The position numbers and the translations under genes are program-made. Source: a virus (lineage: Duplodnaviria; Caudoviricetes). Taken from it: 30,156 nt of DNA. Of this stretch, positions 25,109 through 30,156 are shown piece after piece. The stretch spans positions 1 to 30,156 of the IMG/VR virus record IMGVR_UViG_3300027702_000004. One strand, given 5' to 3'. A model generated the notes under the pieces. It was not told the origin of the DNA and made no database searches. It saw only the letters and a list, made by a program, of their open reading frames with translations. Positions within the stretch are counted from its first letter, which is position 1. Every line of letters starts with the position of its first letter.

Positions 25109-25362
25109 AGTTTTAAAAATGCTTTAGATGTTCTCTTCATGTAGTTGAGTCTTTGTGCGTCATATTTCAACTTCTCTTTCAATGGTTTAGATATTAACTT
25201 ACCGATGCCATCCATCTCTATGTTCTTATCTTCGCAGAACTGCACGATTGCTTCAATGTAATTGAGGTCTCCTTCCTTGACAATGTTCTCTATTTCCACT
25301 GAAAATTTTGCAGCGGTCATAAAATTCTTTTCAAAGATGTCATCAACTTTACCAGTTGCCAT
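25105..25362 (-). CDS. gp33: gp33 late-transcription coactivator
   Basis: F...IE.IV....NYIEAIV.FC and KLISKPLKEKL..DA..LN motifs; start MATGK at 25362. Confidence 0.9.
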   Translation of the reverse strand: MATGKVDDIFEKNFMTAAKFSVEIENIVKEGDLNYIEAIVQFCEDKNIEMDGIGKLISKPLKEKLKYDAQRLNYMKRTSKAFLKL

Positions 25363-26017
25363 TGTCTCTCCTATAGGCGTCAATATACTCTTTAAGTTTT
25401 CGAGCGTATTTGTTTGTGTCATAAATTTCAAAGATTTGCGGTTCGCCTGTCTCACAAGCGATAATGGTTACGAGTTTCTTTGGTATTAAACCAGTTAGCT
25501 CTTGAAACATTATAGCATATGCTGTCTCCTGTGCAAAGTAGTCGTGTATCCATTCTTCACGTTTGTACTTTGTTGAGGTTTTGAAATCTATTATTGATAG
25601 TTCTCCTTTGTATTCTCCAATACAATCTACTCTTCCTGCCATTTTCAAGAGACTAGAAGACATTGATTCTTCTAGGGCATGTATATTATCAATACTATCT
25701 AGGTAGGGTTTAATCTGGTAGAATAACCCCATGGATAGTGGATCGTCACTATATTTACTAATTGATTTATTTTCTAGATATAATTCACATAACTTGTGGC
25801 ATTTATTACCTCTGGTAGATGCACGTTTAGATATCTTATTTGCTTCTTCTTCACCAACTTTTTGTCTCCACTCAAATATTGCTTGCTTCTTAGAATGACC
25901 TATGACAGTTGTAACAGAAGGGTAGAGAGAATCGCCAACACGATATCTCCTACCCTGTAATGTAGTTGTTGCTTTTAACTTTGGAAAGTTATGTATGTTT
26001 AAATGGTTAAATGCCAA
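25349..26017 (-). CDS. PD-(D/E)XK exonuclease
   Basis: YPSVTTV, RG...H, AGRVDC, IIDFKTS and Q..AY motifs. Confidence 0.85.
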   Translation of the reverse strand: MAFNHLNIHNFPKLKATTTLQGRRYRVGDSLYPSVTTVIGHSKKQAIFEWRQKVGEEEANKISKRASTRGNKCHKLCELYLENKSISKYSDDPLSMGLFYQIKPYLDSIDNIHALEESMSSSLLKMAGRVDCIGEYKGELSIIDFKTSTKYKREEWIHDYFAQETAYAIMFQELTGLIPKKLVTIIACETGEPQIFEIYDTNKYARKLKEYIDAYRRDNGNW

Positions 26018-26753
26018 GATTCAATTTACTAATCAAATAAGATTTGACTAGACCTGATCTCACGATGTCGTCAATGCCAAACTCAATACTTTCAAACTCA
26101 TCCATGTCATCAATAATTTTCTTGAAGTCCATGATACCAGTTTTTTCATGTGCCTTAATAAGATCACTTTGTGCAGCGTCTCCTGCAAAGATAATTTTAC
26201 TATTCACACCTAGTCTTGTTATTATACTATCTAATTCATGAAAATTCAAGTTCTCAGATTCATCAACCAAAACTATACTATTATCTATGGTAGTTCCACG
26301 AATGAAACTTGTAGACCAGAATGATATAGTATCCTGTGCTTTTAGATTGCCATATAGCATTTCAAATGATGCATCATCAGGCATCTCAAACATATAGCGT
26401 ACCATGTTTTTATATGGTATCTGATATAAGTTTGCCTTGTCTTCATGATCACCTGGCAAGAAACCAATCTCTCTTGTCGGTACTAATGATCTTACAATGT
26501 AAAGTTTATTATATGGTGTCTGCTCATTCAATATCTCTTTAAGTGCAAGATACAATGTAATAAACGATTTACCAGTTCCTGCAGCACCAAACAAGAATAG
26601 ATGTTTATTCCTCTCCCACGCTTCAAAGACTTTCTCTTGTGCGGGTGTGAGAGGTTTAATATCTACTAGATGATCTGATCCAATTGGTTTCTTTCTCATT
26701 TTTCTCGATGATAACCCAACCATGGTAGGTTGTTTCTTACTTTTGACTGGCAT
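26007..26753 (-). CDS. phoH: PhoH-family ATPase
   Basis: GAAGTGKS Walker A; IGFLPG, RG.T, DE.EN and GD..QSDL motifs. Confidence 0.95.
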   Translation of the reverse strand: MPVKSKKQPTMVGLSSRKMRKKPIGSDHLVDIKPLTPAQEKVFEAWERNKHLFLFGAAGTGKSFITLYLALKEILNEQTPYNKLYIVRSLVPTREIGFLPGDHEDKANLYQIPYKNMVRYMFEMPDDASFEMLYGNLKAQDTISFWSTSFIRGTTIDNSIVLVDESENLNFHELDSIITRLGVNSKIIFAGDAAQSDLIKAHEKTGIMDFKKIIDDMDEFESIEFGIDDIVRSGLVKSYLISKLNLGI

Positions 26754-26992
26754 TAAATTTTGTCGAACTTAGCGTAGGGATGATGTTTCTTGACGTTGTT
26801 CAGACGATCTTTGAAACCTTGTGGTAATTTGTTTTGGAAGTCACCTACTCCACTGACAGCAGATGCTATTCCTGCTTGCCAGTCTTTATCCCAATCTGGG
26901 TTATTCTCTCTCCACTCTTCGTATTTTGCAAGTGAAAGGTTAAGAACCTTAGTCTCACCAGTCTTTAAATTTTTAACATCATATAGTGCCAT
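26753..26992 (-). CDS. Conserved hypothetical protein
   Basis: 79 aa; TAATG-coupled to thyX and phoH. Confidence 0.75.
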   Translation of the reverse strand: MALYDVKNLKTGETKVLNLSLAKYEEWRENNPDWDKDWQAGIASAVSGVGDFQNKLPQGFKDRLNNVKKHHPYAKFDKI

Positions 26993-27630
26993 TACTTATA
27001 CTCCCAGTTTAATGCATTTGTACATACAGGAAACTCCTTCTTAAAAATGTCCCTGACTTCTTTTACTATGTCCATATGTTCTTTTTGTGTTCCATGTGCA
27101 CTACGTAAATCTATATAGTGAATCCATGACCGAACACTTCCTGTCATGTATATACGGGTCGGAGTTGCTAACGGGAGAACAAATCTCGCACACTCCTTCG
27201 CAACACCCTCACGGATGAGTTCATTGTAGAGATCAATTCCCTCAGCGAAATATCTAGCAATTTGGTCTTGTAACCTTTTCTTTTGTTCTTCTGGTATATC
27301 ATCGTTACTATTCTGGCGGTTTTTTAAATCCTGACTACGAAGATCAGGCACTGGAATTTCTCCCAACAAATTAGTGTTTGCATAACGCTGACTAAACTCT
27401 TGGAATGTAAATGATCTATGTCTTAATATTTGTGCTGCTATACCCCTAGTCGTTTCTATTTCGACTGTCATATGTGCTTGCTCGAAAACTGACCAATGCC
27501 CATGTTTTATACAATATCCTAATAATCCTGCTACTGCGGGATTACCTTGATTCTGTGGGTTACTCACCCTCGCTATGTAACCCATCTGCTTCTCTGCGTC
27601 TGGAGTCACTGTCACTAGTTTTACTTTCAT
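26992..27630 (-). CDS. thyX: FAD-dependent thymidylate synthase
   Basis: RHRSFTFQEFSQRY signature, HWSVFE and KECARFVLP; start MKVKLV at 27630. Confidence 0.95.
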   Translation of the reverse strand: MKVKLVTVTPDAEKQMGYIARVSNPQNQGNPAVAGLLGYCIKHGHWSVFEQAHMTVEIETTRGIAAQILRHRSFTFQEFSQRYANTNLLGEIPVPDLRSQDLKNRQNSNDDIPEEQKKRLQDQIARYFAEGIDLYNELIREGVAKECARFVLPLATPTRIYMTGSVRSWIHYIDLRSAHGTQKEHMDIVKEVRDIFKKEFPVCTNALNWEYK

Positions 27631-27733
27631 GTTTTCGGAATAGTTTTGCATATTGCACTTCTTGTGCACTGTACAAATCAGGGTTGTGTTTCGCTCGTTT
27701 AATTAAGATTTTTGCTGCTTTTCTACTCTTCAT
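27560..27733 (-). CDS. Small basic hypothetical protein
   Basis: MKSRKAAKILIKRAKHNPDLYS..EV.YAK; overlaps the thyX 5' end. Confidence 0.55.
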   Translation of the reverse strand: MKSRKAAKILIKRAKHNPDLYSAQEVQYAKLFRKHESKTSDSDSRRREADGLHSEGE

Positions 27734-27953
27734 ATAGGTATTTATTCGTATGCTCATGCATAGCATCGAATAACTCATCAGCAAGGTCGTCTAAATCGGT
27801 TGTATCCGACTCAAACTTGAAGTCATCAGGCTTTCTCTTTAGTGCCTGATCCGCTAGTTTTGAGATATGATTTTTTATCGAAGAGGGGTGGAGAAATTCC
27901 TCCGTTACACCATCCGATATCTTTAATTCTGGATCCGTCTCTGAGTTTGTCAT
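27723..27953 (-). CDS. Acidic hypothetical protein
   Basis: 76 aa; fills 27733-27826 but overlaps the upstream ORF by 128 nt. Confidence 0.45.
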   Translation of the reverse strand: MTNSETDPELKISDGVTEEFLHPSSIKNHISKLADQALKRKPDDFKFESDTTDLDDLADELFDAMHEHTNKYLYEE

Positions 27954-28170
27954 AATAGCAGTTAAATACGTCCATCTTCACACCCATCACTATATCATAG
28001 TGTGGTGCAAATTCTTCACTACCATCCTTGCGATCAAGGTAGGTAACTATCCAAGCATTTGTTGGCAACTTCTTGTCTGCCTTTTTATCCTGAGTGCAAT
28101 CAATATGTAAGAAGGTAAGTTGATACTTGTCGGCAACTTCTTCTATTTCCTGATTACCCTCCCAGATCAT
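27826..28170 (-). CDS. Conserved hypothetical protein
   Basis: LH.DC, LP.NA..VTY, YDIV and F..YYD motifs; ATGA overlap gives a start at 28170. Confidence 0.75.
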   Translation of the reverse strand: MIWEGNQEIEEVADKYQLTFLHIDCTQDKKADKKLPTNAWIVTYLDRKDGSEEFAPHYDIVMGVKMDVFNCYYDKLRDGSRIKDIGWCNGGISPPLFDKKSYLKTSGSGTKEKA

Positions 28171-28622
28171 CCTCTGTTTCCCCATTCTATTGATGGAAAT
28201 GCTTCGGCAACAACTGCTTTGGTAACACGATATTTTGATTGAATATCTTTATTACATGCAGATACTAATAAGTTTGCTTCTTGTTCTGTCAAACCTTCTA
28301 ACAATTGAACAAAGAGTTGTTCTCTCTTCATACCTTTTAGAGTGCTATCTCCACCTTTAAAGTATCTGTAAAGACCTTTATACTCTTGTGTTAAACGAGT
28401 ATGTTCAGTTCCTACTGGTGCATCATTAGGTGTAAAAGGAACGTCTCCTGCGGGTAGTAAAAACTCTAGAGATTCGTCAAAGTTTATAATTAAGATCGCA
28501 CGTAACGCATTATTGTTGTACTCTTGTAAAAGTTCAACCTTTTCCTTCTTAGTCTTCGCTGAGGAGACCTTCTGAAGGATTTCAGTTACTAGTGCATCAT
28601 TAGGTAATTTTTTTGCTGCCAT
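28167..28622 (-). CDS. Conserved T4-like hypothetical protein
   Basis: LP.G.VP...N, L.YF.KGG and KRE..F.QLLEGL...EA motifs. Confidence 0.85.
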   Translation of the reverse strand: MAAKKLPNDALVTEILQKVSSAKTKKEKVELLQEYNNNALRAILIINFDESLEFLLPAGDVPFTPNDAPVGTEHTRLTQEYKGLYRYFKGGDSTLKGMKREQLFVQLLEGLTEQEANLLVSACNKDIQSKYRVTKAVVAEAFPSIEWGNRG

Positions 28623-28642
28623 TTCAATTCACAGTTTCGTAT

Positions 28643-28671
28643 AGTATATCAGATTTAATCGTCATCGTCAA
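28643..28671 (-). promoter_or_regulatory. Sigma70-like (early) promoter
   Basis: TTGACG-17 nt-TATACT with an extended -10 TG. Confidence 0.75.
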
Positions 28672-28885
28672 GTATGTCATCATCATCCATGAAGCGAACT
28701 GCTAAGAGTTCCTCATTCACGTATGAACCATTGCCATTTAAAAACTCAGGATGTAAATTATTCATCTGACGTTTAAGTGTGTTTTGATCTACATTTTGTT
28801 TGTAAATCCAACCTATTATCCCACCCATTATGAATGTTATTACCATTCCTGCTGCGGAAAAGAATAGGATTATGTTAGTTTCCAT
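28655..28885 (-). CDS. Single-TM hypothetical protein
   Basis: AGGAG RBS before ATG 28885; TM helix ...GGIIGW, HPEF motif and acidic tail. Confidence 0.75.
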   Translation of the reverse strand: METNIILFFSAAGMVITFIMGGIIGWIYKQNVDQNTLKRQMNNLHPEFLNGNGSYVNEELLAVRFMDDDDILDDDD

Positions 28886-28991
28886 TATGCTCCTGTTTAA
28901 AGTCGATTCTAAGTCGAATTGACCACCTAAAGAAATAGAAGGTGCGATCAAACCAACTGGGTTTTCGTATCCTCCTGCTTCTTGGAAGCAT
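28875..28991 (-). CDS. Small basic hypothetical protein (start uncertain)
   Basis: MLPRSRRIRKPSWFDRTF...; fills the gap; CTAAATA late-like box at 29006-29012. Confidence 0.5.
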   Translation of the reverse strand: MLPRSRRIRKPSWFDRTFYFFRWSIRLRIDFKQEHNGN

Positions 28992-29004
28992 AACTTCTAT
29001 GCCT

Positions 29005-29349
29005 TTATTTAGTTCGTATTCTTTTGGGTGTTTTTGCCTTTTCGTAGTTCCACGCATCACTTAGTATTCCATATAAAAATTTTCTGATCTTTCTAGCATC
29101 ATCTGTGGTTAAATCGGGATATGCCATCTTGATGTCTTGACCCCCATGTTTTATGTAGTGGTCTAGATCGTCTATTGTACAGGATATGTTTCCTGCTGTT
29201 CCAGATGCTACAAATCTGGAAACATCACTTTTCTTGAAATTGTTCTCTTCAAGAAATTTCATCATCTTGAACGTATTACGACCTGTCTTGAGCATTGCTC
29301 TGTCATAAACTGCTTCGATAATATCAACTAGTGTGTCTTCTGGATCCAT
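29005..29349 (-). CDS. Conserved hypothetical protein
   Basis: 114 aa; DL..YIK.G...AY...ARKIR.FL..IL.DA..YE. Confidence 0.8.
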   Translation of the reverse strand: MDPEDTLVDIIEAVYDRAMLKTGRNTFKMMKFLEENNFKKSDVSRFVASGTAGNISCTIDDLDHYIKHGGQDIKMAYPDLTTDDARKIRKFLYGILSDAWNYEKAKTPKRIRTK

Positions 29350-29584
29350 TTAATAAATTGTGTTCTTTTAAGTATTTTACTGTATCGGTGCAACCACCTA
29401 ATTTTTTGTTATTTAGAAGAACTTGTGGGAAAGTTGAGTTTCCTCCAAATTCCTCATAGAAGGCAAATCTGTCAAAATGCTCATCTAACTTGTATTCCTG
29501 ATATTTGAATTGACACAAATCTAGGACTTGTTTGATTTGGGTGCAATAAGGGCATCCGTCCTTTGAATACACTGTGAAGTTCAT
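29324..29584 (-). CDS. Glutaredoxin
   Basis: CPYC, TFPQV and LGGC motifs. Confidence 0.95.
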   Translation of the reverse strand: MNFTVYSKDGCPYCTQIKQVLDLCQFKYQEYKLDEHFDRFAFYEEFGGNSTFPQVLLNNKKLGGCTDTVKYLKEHNLLNGSRRHTS

Positions 29585-29949
29585 TCTGGATTAGAGTCTA
29601 AATTCTTATTTAGTTTTTCTTCCCTCTCTTTTTCTTTCTTAAGTTGTCTATTAGTCCAGATACCAACTGCTATGATACTTAAGTATGCAAGTGTGTCATC
29701 TAGCATAACAAGGAAGAAAATTGTAGATCCACCAAATCTGATCCATTCTGGAAATGGTCGTATTAGTCTGCCACCCCATTTACGGAATGTGCCTTCAAAT
29801 TTGAAATATAGGATTATTAGTGCTGTAATCACAAATTCTGAATATGGCACTACAAAGTAGCAAGACAGAAATATGAAAAGTGGCCAATAATGCCTTTCAT
29901 CGACTTTTTTAACAAGGTCGAAATATTTTTTAAGTAACTTTTTGATCAT
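29581..29949 (-). CDS. Membrane hypothetical protein
   Basis: 122 aa with several hydrophobic segments. Confidence 0.7.
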   Translation of the reverse strand: MIKKLLKKYFDLVKKVDERHYWPLFIFLSCYFVVPYSEFVITALIILYFKFEGTFRKWGGRLIRPFPEWIRFGGSTIFFLVMLDDTLAYLSIIAVGIWTNRQLKKEKEREEKLNKNLDSNPE

Positions 29950-29963
29950 AAAAACCTATACGT

Positions 29964-30000
29964 AAAAAAATACCCAGAATTTTTTTTCCGACTTTCTGGG
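29964..30000 (-). terminator. Possible long-loop terminator
   Basis: CCCAGAA ... TTCTGGG followed by TATTTTTT. Confidence 0.5.
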
Positions 30001-30020
30001 GAACTAAAAGTCATTTTACC

Positions 30021-30156
30021 TCACCAATCATCATCTGTCAACGTTGGTGCAGGACATGGTGGTGCTGTGTTGTGATAGTTGATGTGTAATACCTCTATGA
30101 AGACAAGAGAACACACTAATATCATGTTGATCTGGAACAACGGATGCTTGAGTAAA
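30021..30156 (-). CDS. Partial small membrane protein (start outside the window)
   Basis: ...LLKHPLFQINMILVCSLVFIEVLHINYH...DDDW*. Confidence 0.5.
   Translation of the reverse strand, partial: LLKHPLFQINMILVCSLVFIEVLHINYHNTAPPCPAPTLTDDDW

Noticed and set aside
25349-26017. Cas4 or CRISPR-associated system
   Set aside because: This is the usual T4-like exonuclease between phoH and gp33; there is no array or other cas gene.

Overview
About 30 kb of a T4-like cyanomyovirus genome (marine Prochlorococcus/Synechococcus phage type), mostly coded on the minus strand. Positions 1-19128 are a virion module: tail-fibre-like genes, a gp5 hub split into two ORFs, a gp27-like hub, two tape-measure-like genes (one with an M15 peptidase), gp51, gp26 and a tail-tube-like gene, then divergent gp4, gp2, gp48 and gp53. 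An early-promoter cassette (acyl carrier protein, 2OG-Fe(II) oxygenase, cpeT) interrupts this module. The right half holds gp32, a manA-type structured RNA, pebS, two more dioxygenases, an HNH endonuclease, a psbN-like gene, several coupled micro-ORFs, gp59, gp33, an exonuclease, phoH, thyX and glutaredoxin. The best unexplained signals are: (1) a canonical -1 frameshift cassette joining gp26 to gp51 in a lambda G/GT-like position; (2) a one-strand cluster of 11 YGACTG motifs in all three frames at 23-517; (3) a promoter-bounded manA-type RNA followed by periodic AATAC repeats in the gp32 leader. All product calls come from motif recognition and gene order, not database searches.
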